From Salinarchaeum sp. (GTDB lineage Archaea; Halobacteriota; Halobacteria; Halobacteriales; SKNY01): DNA of 54,465 nucleotides. Numbering within the stretch: the stretch's first letter is position 1; each line of letters opens with the position of its first letter. The translations under genes and the position numbers were made by a program. Below the pieces are notes generated by a model. That model was not told the origin of the DNA and made no database searches. It saw only the letters and a program-made list of their open reading frames with translations. This document shows, piece by piece, positions 19,935 through 28,998 of this stretch. The DNA lies in contig SKNY01000013.1 of the NCBI GenBank assembly GCA_007123105.1, forward strand, positions 1-54,465, in the 5' to 3' direction.

Positions 19935-20920
19935 GGGATGGCGACGCTCGAAACGGCGTTTTCGACCAGTGATTTGCTCCCGCTGCCGTCCGGATCGCTC
20001 TCGAGATAGACTCGGTGGCTGAGAACCGTCGCCGCCTCGTACTGTAGGTCGTCGGGGATTACGTAATCACGCCCGTTGATCGCGGCCCTCGCTTGTGCAG
20101 CCCGCATCAGCGCGATCGTGCCGCGTGGACTGACACCCAATCGCGCATTTTGCCGGGTGAACTTCGCGATCGCGGCGGCATATTCCCGGACCGGTTCTTT
20201 CACAGTGACGTTTGCGACGAACGACCGTGCTGCGCGCAGTTCGTCGATGCTTGCGACCGGCCCGATGGTCTCGATCGGATGTTCACCGACGACCCGGGCA
20301 AGAATGTCAGGTTCCTCGTCGTCAGGATAGCCGAGTTCGATTTTCTTCATAAAGCGGTCGACCTGGGCGATTGGAAGCTCGTAGGTTCGGCTCGGCTCTA
20401 CGGAATTTTGGGTCGCGATCACGATGAACGGGTCGTCCATCGGGTAAGTGGTGCCGTCGACGGTGACCTGCTGTTCTTCCATTGCTTCAAGCAGTGCACT
20501 CTGGGTTTTCGGGGGTGCCCGATTGATCTCGTCGCCGAGGACCACGTTTGCGAACACCGGCCCTGCCTGGAATTCGAACTCGCGGTTTGCTTGATTGTAG
20601 ACGTTCATGCCCGTAATATCTGAAGGGAGCAAATCGGGGGTGAACTGGACACGCTTGAACGTCCCGTCGAACGAGTGCGCCAGAGAACGCGCGAGCATTG
20701 TTTTGCCCGTCCCGGGCACATCCTCGAGCAACACGTGCCCGCGGCCGAGCACGGCTGTGAAGGTGTCCTCGATTGCCCGCCGTTTTCCCATGATCACGGT
20801 CTCGATGTTCTCGATCACGCGGTCGGCGAGATCGGCGACGTCGTCGGTAGACAGTTCGGTGTCAGCGTTCGTGCCGGCCGATGCCCCGTCTTGCCTGATG
20901 GATGAATTTGGGTCTGTCAT
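19931..20920 (-). CDS. MoxR family AAA+ ATPase
   Basis: HVLLEDVPGTGKT Walker A, DEINRAPPKTQSALLEAM, and VIATQN. Confidence 0.9.
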   Translation of the reverse strand: MTDPNSSIRQDGASAGTNADTELSTDDVADLADRVIENIETVIMGKRRAIEDTFTAVLGRGHVLLEDVPGTGKTMLARSLAHSFDGTFKRVQFTPDLLPSDITGMNVYNQANREFEFQAGPVFANVVLGDEINRAPPKTQSALLEAMEEQQVTVDGTTYPMDDPFIVIATQNSVEPSRTYELPIAQVDRFMKKIELGYPDDEEPDILARVVGEHPIETIGPVASIDELRAARSFVANVTVKEPVREYAAAIAKFTRQNARLGVSPRGTIALMRAAQARAAINGRDYVIPDDLQYEAATVLSHRVYLESDPDGSGSKSLVENAVSSVAIP

Positions 20921-21008
20921 TAACTAGTCACGTCCAATCGCCCGTGATCGATAGACTTGCCTAATCAAAGGTGCTCGACCGGAATGAATGTTACCGTAGA
21001 ATCATCTG

Positions 21009-21200
21009 CTACCAGTCTTTACAGGTCGGACAGACGAACGATCGGTCTGCCCGCCATAGCCGATCGGTCGCGCGGCCACACGCGTCGCATTCGGGTTCCG
21101 TTCCGTCCCACCGGTACGTAATTTCGACGCGCGACTCGGGTGTCGTTCGCTCGGCGGGGGAAGCTGATCCGAACTCCGTGAGCGACCGATCCGGAGCCAT
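21009..21200 (-). CDS. small zinc-finger protein (C-x2-C ... C-x2-C)
   Basis: ORF 21009..21272 trimmed to MAPDRSLTEF. It has CDACG and CPTC pairs, is acidic, and has an AT-rich element about 27 nt upstream. Confidence 0.5.
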   Translation of the reverse strand: MAPDRSLTEFGSASPAERTTPESRVEITYRWDGTEPECDACGRATDRLWRADRSFVCPTCKDW

Positions 21201-21281
21201 GGTCTTGAGACGTCCCTCCGGCGCAAAATGGTGTCGATGTCGACGGAAGCATCCAAATAGTCGCCCGGTCACGCTCGATAC

Positions 21282-21452
21282 ATGCCCGTAGAAAATCTCG
21301 TCACCATGCTTGAGTACTTCCTCGAGGTCGTCCGTGTCGATCCGCTCAACACGCTGTTGTTCGTGATCGGCAACGTCTTGTTACTCGGTTCAATTGCGGT
21401 CTTCGGCGTCCTGGTCCTCGGGGCGGTCGTGTCGTTATTCCGACCGGCGTGA
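21282..21452 (+). CDS. 56-aa single-TM microprotein (below the ORF-track size cutoff)
   Basis: My translation is MPVENLVTMLEYFLEVVRVDPLNTLLFVIGNVLLLGSIAVFGVLVLGAVVSLFRPA followed by a stop. An AAATAG element lies about 25 nt upstream. Confidence 0.35.
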   Translation: MPVENLVTMLEYFLEVVRVDPLNTLLFVIGNVLLLGSIAVFGVLVLGAVVSLFRPA

Positions 21453-21505
21453 GCGGACTTCAAGACATTCGAGGAGGATGCCCCCGACCAACGTTATGGG
21501 AGTAG

Positions 21506-22270
21506 TCATCGATCCGAATCGTACTCCCATTCGCGCAACGCGTGGCGGACGAAATCCGATCGCACGTCGCGGTAGAAGTTGTTGCTGCCGCCGTGGCTGT
21601 CGAGGTCGTACCCCTTGGCGATGACGACGGGCGTGCCACCGTCGCCTTCGCCACCGACAAGGTTGGCAGCGGCTGCAAGCTCGTCAACTACCGATTCGAC
21701 CGTTACTTTCAGCTCGTGACCGTCGCGGTCGGTCTCGCCGCGCCAGTCGCGGCTTGCATCCATCCCACTCCATCCGATTGCGACGCCGACCTGGCCGTGT
21801 CGGAACGGCCGACCACACGTGTCGGTAACGATGACGGGGTTTTCGTGTGGAAGCTGGGAACGAATCCGGGCTGCGCTTGCAGTCGGATCCTCTGGCAACA
21901 GAAGGATCTCTGCTCCCCCGGTGTTCGACCGATCGATCCCCGCGTTCACGCCGACGTGCCCGAACCGGGACTCGGTCAGCATGAACGGTGCATCGACGAT
22001 CACCTCGACACTTTCTTCGAGTACTGCTTGTGCGAAGCGGGGATCCTTCTCGGCACCGACGATGTCACCGATTCGACGGGCAATCTCCCGGGCCCGTGGT
22101 CCCGCCCGAAAGTCCTCGAGTGAGGCCCCACGGTCCTCCGCCTTCGAAACGATCGTACTCGCCACGATGACCACGTCATCCGCGTTGATGTCGGCACGAT
22201 CGCCGACGATGGTCCCGATCTCATCGCCAGGTCGAATTTCGGGAATCCCCTGGACCGCGACCAATTCCAT
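21506..22270 (-). CDS. cofE: coenzyme F420-0:L-glutamate ligase
   Basis: MELVAVQGIPEIRPGD..VVIVASTIVSKAE..GVNAGIDRSN..VIVTDTCGRPFR..GEGDGGTPVV matches CofE. Confidence 0.85.
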   Translation of the reverse strand: MELVAVQGIPEIRPGDEIGTIVGDRADINADDVVIVASTIVSKAEDRGASLEDFRAGPRAREIARRIGDIVGAEKDPRFAQAVLEESVEVIVDAPFMLTESRFGHVGVNAGIDRSNTGGAEILLLPEDPTASAARIRSQLPHENPVIVTDTCGRPFRHGQVGVAIGWSGMDASRDWRGETDRDGHELKVTVESVVDELAAAANLVGGEGDGGTPVVIAKGYDLDSHGGSNNFYRDVRSDFVRHALREWEYDSDR

Positions 22271-22354
22271 GGCACGTTCTCACTGTGGCACCTGAAAAAT
22301 ACGCCGAATTCCCGCGGGCCCACCATTTAAGCTGTCGGGCTACTTCGGTTCACT

Positions 22355-22417
22355 GTGGCAATGACGAGGCGTTACCCCCGCTGAGCCCCATGTGATGAGG
22401 ACTAACGACCGAGCCAC
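22355..22417 (+). ncRNA. weak candidate C/D-box sRNA
   Basis: Read by eye. The layout is terminal stem GUGGC/GCCAC, C-like AUGACGA, a 13-nt spacer, D' CUGA, a 7-nt spacer, C' GUGAUGA, a 10-nt spacer, and D-like CCGA. The outer boxes are degenerate and the spacers are non-canonical. Confidence 0.2.
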
Positions 22418-22433
22418 GTTACAACAAAAATTA

Positions 22434-22508
<75 letters not shown>

Positions 22509-22563
22509 ACTTTCGACTATCCCCGTTTCGCAGTTAACGATTGTGGTTCGCTTGTCGGCATAC

Positions 22564-23058
22564 TCATTCGGCTTGTACTTGTCGTGGTAACAATGGACGC
22601 GGGTCCGGATACGTAAACGTTCCGAGCAATGTCCCATCCAACGTTTGACAGTAGGCGTGTAATTCATCGATTTTGAGCGCGTTTGCGACCATTCCCTTTG
22701 CCTTTCGGGCGTCATAATGACAGGCGAGCAATAGCGCGTGTTCAGCGGCTGGATCGAGATGTTCGATCACGAGAAAGACGGCAAACTCGACCTGGCGTCT
22801 GTACGCGAGATACTCCGGGAAGGTGTGGTTCTCGTAGGCAGTTGAGAAGGCCGCGGCGTGATTACCCGGGATAATCGGAACGAGTCCGAACCGGTCGTCT
22901 TCGCCGCTGTCCCGACTCACGGGTGACGTATGGACGGCTGGCATGGCCGTCGTGGTCCAGCCGTCGGCACGCCGATCCGCGGCGATTGTCTGCATATCGT
23001 CGTTCGTCGCCTGCCAGGCCGTGCCAGCAGGCGTCTGTGGGACCCGTTCGTCCGCCAT
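22564..23058 (-). CDS. acidic hypothetical protein
   Basis: ORF 22564..23085 trimmed to MADERVPQT. The composition looks coding for a haloarchaeon. I recognise no motif. Confidence 0.55.
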   Translation of the reverse strand: MADERVPQTPAGTAWQATNDDMQTIAADRRADGWTTTAMPAVHTSPVSRDSGEDDRFGLVPIIPGNHAAAFSTAYENHTFPEYLAYRRQVEFAVFLVIEHLDPAAEHALLLACHYDARKAKGMVANALKIDELHAYCQTLDGTLLGTFTYPDPRPLLPRQVQAE

Positions 23059-23100
23059 GGCCGTAGCTCCCGGCCCGACCACCATAACACCCGTGTCACA

Positions 23101-23499
23101 TTAGGCCACGTCAAAGCCAACCTCCATGATGTAGGAGATGGCCAACACTACCAGGCTCGCCACGAAGAGCTTCGTTGCGGGTGCTGGCGTCCATTCGGCG
23201 GGTGGGTCCGGCGCCCAGGTTGCCGGTGGCATCTGTCGATCGATAACGTCGGGGCCGCGTCGGGGTGCCTGCCCTGGTCGACGGACGTCATTGGGGGTCC
23301 GTGGCCACAACCGCACCGTTGCATACCCCATCAGCAGAAAGCCGAAGAGAAACAGCATGGCTTTCGTCCGGACCAATCCACCGCCCGTGCCGATACCGAC
23401 TGCGAGGGCCAACAGAAAGGTGACTCCGGCAACAGTGACCGCGTAGCTTCCGAGATCGAGGAGAACGTACCCGATGATCCGCCATCGACCGGGTTTCAT
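23101..23499 (-). CDS. three-TM membrane protein, start overlaps the stop of the ABC ATPase gene
   Basis: ORF 23101..23619 trimmed to [17 protein letters not shown]. It overlaps the upstream gene by 4 nt. Confidence 0.6.
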   Translation of the reverse strand: MKPGRWRIIGYVLLDLGSYAVTVAGVTFLLALAVGIGTGGGLVRTKAMLFLFGFLLMGYATVRLWPRTPNDVRRPGQAPRRGPDVIDRQMPPATWAPDPPAEWTPAPATKLFVASLVVLAISYIMEVGFDVA

Positions 23500-24830
23500 T
23501 CCGGTGACTGTGCTTCGAGCACCGCCCTCGGGGACGGATACGGCTCCTGGTGGCGGTGACACCGACTGAACCGGGTATCGGTTCCCACGGCCTCGACAGC
23601 GGGCGCATCGGCACTGCATGGGCCGCCGAACGCGTCGTCAAGCCGCTCTATCGCGCGACCGTGATTCCCTCCCCGTGCGGCCGCTGCGATCTCTTCAAGG
23701 ACGCTTTCGACGGACGCAGGCACGTCCAGTTCGCCAAAGAGTTCCGCGTAGATCTCGTCGATCGTGCCGACCGCCGGCGTCCGGCCGATCATCTCACGGA
23801 CCCGCCAGCCAATCGTTCCCATCATACGTTCGCGTTCGGCAAGCAAGTCCTCAAGCAGAATGATGGCGTCCCACACCGCATCCGGCATATCTGGGTAGTC
23901 AGCTGGTTTGATCCGCATCGGACACCGGGTCTTGAACACGCAACCACTCGGTGGATGCCTGGGATTCGGGGGGGTCCCGTGCAGCCTGATCCGACCGTCC
24001 GCAGCCGTGGGGTCCGGGACCGGAATCGCCGATAGCAACGCGTGGGTGTATGGATTGGCCGGCTCGGTAAAGACGACTTCGGTCGGCCCAATCTCCATCA
24101 GTTTGCCGAGATACATGACGGCCACGCGGTCCGAGATGTGTTTAACGACAGAGAGATCATGGGCTATGAACAGGTACGTGAGCCCGAACTCGTCCTGTAG
24201 ATCTTCGAGTAGGTTGATAATCTCTGCCTGGACGGATACATCGAGTGCCGAGACGGGTTCGTCGAGCACGATGAACTCTGGCTCGAGGGTGAGCGTTCGG
24301 GCGATGTTGATCCGTTGGCGTTGACCGCCGGAGAACTGGTGGGGGTATCGGTAGTAGTGTTCCGGATGGAGCCCGACGGTATCGAGCAGCTCCCGGACCC
24401 GTTCCCGGCGATCACCAGGCATTCGCCACTCGTGGACATCGAGTGGTTCGCGGACGATCTCGCCGACCGTCATCCGATCGTTGAGACTCGAATCCGGATC
24501 TTGAAAAACGATCTGTGCGTTTCGTCGCCATGCTTTCAGTTCCGTGCCCGCGAGTTTCGTCACGTCTCGGCCGTCAAAGCGGACGGTCCCTCCTGTCGCC
24601 CGCTCCAGGCGCAACAGCGTCCGGCCAAGGGTCGTCTTCCCACAGCCGGATTCCCCAACTAGCCCAAGTGTTTCACCCCGCCGGATGTCGAAACTGACGC
24701 CATCGACCGCCTTTACCGGATTCCCTCCGAACAACCGGTTGGATTCGTAGTACGTGCGAAGCTCCCGGACTTCGACGAGTGTTTCACTGTCCGTGTCCGC
24801 CGTTCGTCGCTCTTGGAGCTGTTCGCTCAT
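23496..24830 (-). CDS. ABC transporter ATP-binding protein (OppF/DppF-like) with a long C-terminal extension
   Basis: ORF trimmed to MSEQLQERR (ATGA overlap with the upstream gene). It has [17 protein letters not shown] and LDEPVSALD, followed by about 120 extra residues. Confidence 0.9.
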   Translation of the reverse strand: MSEQLQERRTADTDSETLVEVRELRTYYESNRLFGGNPVKAVDGVSFDIRRGETLGLVGESGCGKTTLGRTLLRLERATGGTVRFDGRDVTKLAGTELKAWRRNAQIVFQDPDSSLNDRMTVGEIVREPLDVHEWRMPGDRRERVRELLDTVGLHPEHYYRYPHQFSGGQRQRINIARTLTLEPEFIVLDEPVSALDVSVQAEIINLLEDLQDEFGLTYLFIAHDLSVVKHISDRVAVMYLGKLMEIGPTEVVFTEPANPYTHALLSAIPVPDPTAADGRIRLHGTPPNPRHPPSGCVFKTRCPMRIKPADYPDMPDAVWDAIILLEDLLAERERMMGTIGWRVREMIGRTPAVGTIDEIYAELFGELDVPASVESVLEEIAAAARGGNHGRAIERLDDAFGGPCSADAPAVEAVGTDTRFSRCHRHQEPYPSPRAVLEAQSPE

Positions 24831-26098
24831 TGGGGTTCCTCCTCGTGGCGTGCGAGTGCCGTTGCCTCGTCCACGTCCTCGGGGTACAACAGACACCGTG
24901 CACGGTGATCTGGGACGTCGTCGTTGACGGGAAGCGAAGCGGGATGGATGCGGTCGCATGCGTCGAACGCTTTCGGACACCGCTCGACGAACCGACAGTA
25001 CGTCGGCGGTTGGGTCGGCGTCGGCACGGTGCCAGGGATGCTCGAGAGCCGGTCCCCGGCTTGCGCGCCTGGGATTGACTCCATCAACCCAACTGTATAG
25101 GGATGACGAGGGGCTTCGAACAGCGACACCACATCAGTTGATTCGACGATTTCGCCGGCGTACATGACGTTGACTCGGTCGGCAACGTTCGCGATCACGC
25201 CCATGTCGTGGGTGATGAAGATGATGGCGAGATCTCGTTGTGCCTGGAGGTCGGCCAGCAGATCGAGGATCTGGGCCTGGATCGTTACGTCGAGCGCCGT
25301 CGTCGGCTCATCACAGATGAGCACCTCCGGATCGCACGCGAGTGCCATCGCGATCATGGCCCGCTGGCGCATCCCACCGGAGAATTCGTGGGGATATTCC
25401 TTTACGCGGCGTCTCGCGTCCGAGATGCCGACGTCCTCGAGCAACTCGATCGCTTTCCGGGAGGCTGCTCGTCCACGAAGTCCCTGGTGGAGGCGCAGGG
25501 CTTCCTTGATCTGGTTGCCGACTGAGTATACTGGATTCAAGCTGGACAGCGGATCCTGGAAGATCATTGCGATCCGGCCACCACGCATCGCCCGGGTCGC
25601 TGGCCCGGACGTTCGTGTTATGTCGATGAATCCTGCGTCGATCGACGCGGGCTCGTCGGCATTCCCCGCTGTGACGAACACACAGGCCTCCGCATCGAGA
25701 AACTGCAACTCGGTCTCGGCCCCCTTTCGAATGCGGTCGATGATCGTGGGAGCAACACGCTGTGATGGGTGCTCGGAGCCACCATCGGGCCGCCGAACCG
25801 ATTCGATTGTGGTGAGATCGACGGTTCGGCCCGGGAACCGGTCGGCGAACTCCCGGACGGTCTCGAGGTGGTGAAATCTGATGCTCGAGCCGTCGAGGAT
25901 GGCCCCGGGCGATTTGATCAGCCGCATGATCGATCGCGCCGTGACGCTCTTTCCCGAACCGCTTTCCCCGACGATCCCGACCGTTTCGCCGGGTGTCACA
26001 TCGAATGACACACCATCAACCGCCCGGATCGTCTCCTTCTCGGTGAAGAACGCCGTCTCTAGATCGTGGACCGTCAGGATTGGCCTGGTGGAGCTCAT
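24827..26098 (-). CDS. ABC transporter ATP-binding protein (OppD/DppD-like) with an internal insertion
   Basis: It has [16 protein letters not shown] and CDEPTTALD. About 90 extra residues lie between Walker A and the IAMIFQDP (Q-loop) region. Confidence 0.9.
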   Translation of the reverse strand: MSSTRPILTVHDLETAFFTEKETIRAVDGVSFDVTPGETVGIVGESGSGKSVTARSIMRLIKSPGAILDGSSIRFHHLETVREFADRFPGRTVDLTTIESVRRPDGGSEHPSQRVAPTIIDRIRKGAETELQFLDAEACVFVTAGNADEPASIDAGFIDITRTSGPATRAMRGGRIAMIFQDPLSSLNPVYSVGNQIKEALRLHQGLRGRAASRKAIELLEDVGISDARRRVKEYPHEFSGGMRQRAMIAMALACDPEVLICDEPTTALDVTIQAQILDLLADLQAQRDLAIIFITHDMGVIANVADRVNVMYAGEIVESTDVVSLFEAPRHPYTVGLMESIPGAQAGDRLSSIPGTVPTPTQPPTYCRFVERCPKAFDACDRIHPASLPVNDDVPDHRARCLLYPEDVDEATALARHEEEPQ

Positions 26099-27822
26099 CC
26101 GCCACCTCCCGCGGCGGTCGCATCGGCAGCTCCCCCGCCCGTGCTCTCCGGATCGATGGCATCGCGTAAGGCATCGCCGAGCGCGTTGAACCCGGTCACG
26201 ACCAGGACAATCATCAAGCCTGGTACCGTCGAGACGTGCCAGGCACTCGTACCGACGTAGGATCTACCCTGATCGACGATTCGGCCCCATTCGGGGGTCG
26301 GATGGGTGACGCCGAGGCCCAGGAACGAGAGCGCTGCCGTGGCGATGATGATCCCACCGAGCAACAGCGACGCGTAGATCAGGATGTACGTAGCGACGTA
26401 CGGTGCCATGTGCTTTCGCATAATCGTCATCGGCCGTTGGCCATAACTCCGTGCTGCATCGACCCATTCGCCTTCGGCAACTTGGAGCGACGGCCCACGT
26501 ATCGAACGCCACAGACCGGGCCAATACACGGCCGCGAATATGAGCGCGAGGAGTAATCCGCCATCGTACACATCCGCGATCGGATGATCGGCCTGCTGGA
26601 ATAGCACGGAAATCAACAGGACGAACAGGAAGGCCGGAATCGAGATGATCGCATCGCTCGTCACGACCGTCAGGACGTCGATGAGTCCTTTGTAGTATGC
26701 CGTAATAAGCGATAACGCCAGCGCGATCATCGTACCGAGCCCGATGGATACGAGCCCGATGACGAGTGACGTGCGCGCGCCGAACGCCAGTACGGTAAAG
26801 AGATCCGCGCCGTTCGTTGCCGTCCCCAACGGCGCCCACCGGTCATACTGGTCATAACTCCAGATGCCGACCGTCGAGGCACCGCCCTGCGATCGAGTAT
26901 CAAGATTGGCGCTGCCGTGGAGGATGGACTCTACCTCACCGTCCTCCGATAGGTACGTAAATTCGTGCTGGTAGGGCTGAAAGTGGTTGTGCTGGATGTC
27001 GACGGGGCCAAGCGATGGTGCCCAGATCGCCATGACGACGAATGCGAACACCACAGTCAACCCGAACAATCCCCACCAATGTCGCCGCATCCGATTGATA
27101 CTGTCGTCTCGCGGGGTCCAGTCGGCGACCCGGTAGTACGAACGATACGTCGTGTAACCGACCCAGGCCCAGGCGAGCGCAACGAATGCGTACCCGTAGA
27201 TAACGCCGACGCGGATTCCCCATGCCCAGGCCGGGGAGAGTCCGAGGAACGTTCCGGCCCACCCACCGTCCGGCAGCCGGTGGCCCTCGTTCGGAATCGT
27301 TTCCCGGCCCGTTATCGTGGGTAGGTGTCCCACCGTCCGCACACCGTCTCCGATGGTTCTACTCATCGCGTCTGCGAGCGCACCGACCGGGGTGTACGCG
27401 AGGGCCGCGAATCCGACGAGCAGCAATCCGGTGACGACCACCAGGTCGACGGCCAGCCGGTATTCCGGCGTGTTGGTGACGTTGTGCCTGTCCGCGATGG
27501 ACCCGCCCGGCAGCAGTCGCAGGATCAGCGGTGCGATCACCAACATCAGCAACGCCGTCGTGATGATGACGGCAACGTTTCCCATTAGCATCCCGATACT
27601 TCCTGGCAGCTCCGCCGCCACGTTCCGTCCGACCCAGAGTGGCACCGACGCGATCAGGCTGAGTACTATCCGGGTAATGTCACCGGCCCGTACGAGTCCA
27701 TCGGCGATACGACCCAGCTCAAGTAATACGAGGATCGCGACTCCGACGGCCCAGACGATGGCTGGACGAGGATTCGATCGTACCCGATCATGTAGCCGCA
27801 TCTCCTCGGAGGCCCCCTTCAT
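26095..27822 (-). CDS. ABC transporter permease (OppC/DppC-like) with an N-terminal extension of about 250 aa and about 5 TM helices
   Basis: The C-terminal half has the typical OppC layout (EAA-like VDAARSYGQRPMTIMRKHMAP). The N-terminal half holds additional hydrophobic helices. Confidence 0.85.
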   Translation of the reverse strand: MKGASEEMRLHDRVRSNPRPAIVWAVGVAILVLLELGRIADGLVRAGDITRIVLSLIASVPLWVGRNVAAELPGSIGMLMGNVAVIITTALLMLVIAPLILRLLPGGSIADRHNVTNTPEYRLAVDLVVVTGLLLVGFAALAYTPVGALADAMSRTIGDGVRTVGHLPTITGRETIPNEGHRLPDGGWAGTFLGLSPAWAWGIRVGVIYGYAFVALAWAWVGYTTYRSYYRVADWTPRDDSINRMRRHWWGLFGLTVVFAFVVMAIWAPSLGPVDIQHNHFQPYQHEFTYLSEDGEVESILHGSANLDTRSQGGASTVGIWSYDQYDRWAPLGTATNGADLFTVLAFGARTSLVIGLVSIGLGTMIALALSLITAYYKGLIDVLTVVTSDAIISIPAFLFVLLISVLFQQADHPIADVYDGGLLLALIFAAVYWPGLWRSIRGPSLQVAEGEWVDAARSYGQRPMTIMRKHMAPYVATYILIYASLLLGGIIIATAALSFLGLGVTHPTPEWGRIVDQGRSYVGTSAWHVSTVPGLMIVLVVTGFNALGDALRDAIDPESTGGGAADATAAGGGG

Positions 27823-28868
27823 CGTTCGTATCCCACCCGTGGATCGAGCAGCGTGTAAAGCAGGTCCTGCAGAATATTGAGCAGGATGATGATTAGGGTG
27901 AAAAAGAATATCAGGGACCCGGCAAGCGGGAGATCACCCTGGACGGCCGCGTGAAAGAACAGTGCCCCCAGGCCGTTAATGCCGAAGATATACTCGATGA
28001 TGACCGATCCACCGATGAGCAACACCGCTTCGTTCGTGATGATCGGTACGAGCGGGATGAGGGCGTTTCGAAACACGTGTTTCCAAATAATGATTCTGTT
28101 GGAGAGTCCTTTCGCGCGGGCTGTGTCGACATAATTCGAGTTGATCGTTTCCAACATTGCAGTGCGGCCGATCCGAAGTTCGGCCGCCATCGAGGCGGAT
28201 CCGAGCACCAGAGCCGGAGGAATGATGAGTTTGACGGCTACGAGGAAACCGCCTAGATCGAATGTGAACCAGAATGGCAACACTGAAAAACCGTCAGTGA
28301 TCGCGATAAAATCAAGCGGCGGCGTCCCGATAATACTGCGGATCTCCGGTCCGATTTGGTACCAATCGAACCGGGTCCCGTCTGTTCGACGAAGGAAGGT
28401 GAGGAGCATGATCGCGAGCCAGAAGTTCGGCATTGCCAGCCAGACAATCCCGCTGAACGATGCCAAGTAGTCTGCCCAGCTGTTCGGGTGGAGACCGGCA
28501 TAAAAGCCCAACGGAATACCGAGAAACAACGGGAGCAGGATCGCCCACAATCCGAGCCAGATCGTTCGGGGCGCATAGATCATAATCAGGCCGTTCACCG
28601 ACCGCCCCTCCTGGATGACCCAGGACTGGCCGAGATCCAGGGTTATCAAGGACCAAATAAAATCGAGATATTGCCGCCAAAGGGGTTCGTTGAGTCCGAG
28701 CTGTTCACGGATGGCGACCGCGTCGCCCCCGGTTCCCTCCGGACCGAGAATTGCGGCAACGGGATCTAAGGGGCCCATTCTGAGCGCAACGAAAATAATA
28801 GTCATTACGAGAAACAACACCGGAATCATGAGCCCGAGGCGCATCAAGAAATACCGCCACCGGCTCAT
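27819..28868 (-). CDS. ABC transporter permease (OppB/DppB-like)
   Basis: MSRWRYFLMRLGLMIPVLF.., YVDTARAKGLS and IIWKHVFRNALIP motifs. Confidence 0.9.
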   Translation of the reverse strand: MSRWRYFLMRLGLMIPVLFLVMTIIFVALRMGPLDPVAAILGPEGTGGDAVAIREQLGLNEPLWRQYLDFIWSLITLDLGQSWVIQEGRSVNGLIMIYAPRTIWLGLWAILLPLFLGIPLGFYAGLHPNSWADYLASFSGIVWLAMPNFWLAIMLLTFLRRTDGTRFDWYQIGPEIRSIIGTPPLDFIAITDGFSVLPFWFTFDLGGFLVAVKLIIPPALVLGSASMAAELRIGRTAMLETINSNYVDTARAKGLSNRIIIWKHVFRNALIPLVPIITNEAVLLIGGSVIIEYIFGINGLGALFFHAAVQGDLPLAGSLIFFFTLIIILLNILQDLLYTLLDPRVGYER

Positions 28869-28998
28869 TTACAATCACGTCCAATCAGCTGAGCCAACGG
28901 CTGGGAGCGGGTGATTTGCACGGTCGGTGCACCGGTGTTAGCCACGGTAGGGTGGAAGCTGGCAAGCGCGTTGAATAGACGTTTCGACCGGGGATTAC

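Noticed and set aside
20928-20939. Identical 12-mer TCACGTCCAATC (mRNA sense GATTGGACGTGA) 6-7 nt upstream of the start codons of both the MoxR gene (20928-20939) and the OppB-like permease gene (28875-28886)
   Set aside because: It is most simply explained as a Shine-Dalgarno-like sequence. GGACGUGAU differs by one base from the GGAGGUGAU complement of the archaeal 16S 3' end, and the spacing is appropriate. Several random 12-mer matches are expected in a window this size, so I do not treat it as a shared regulatory element.
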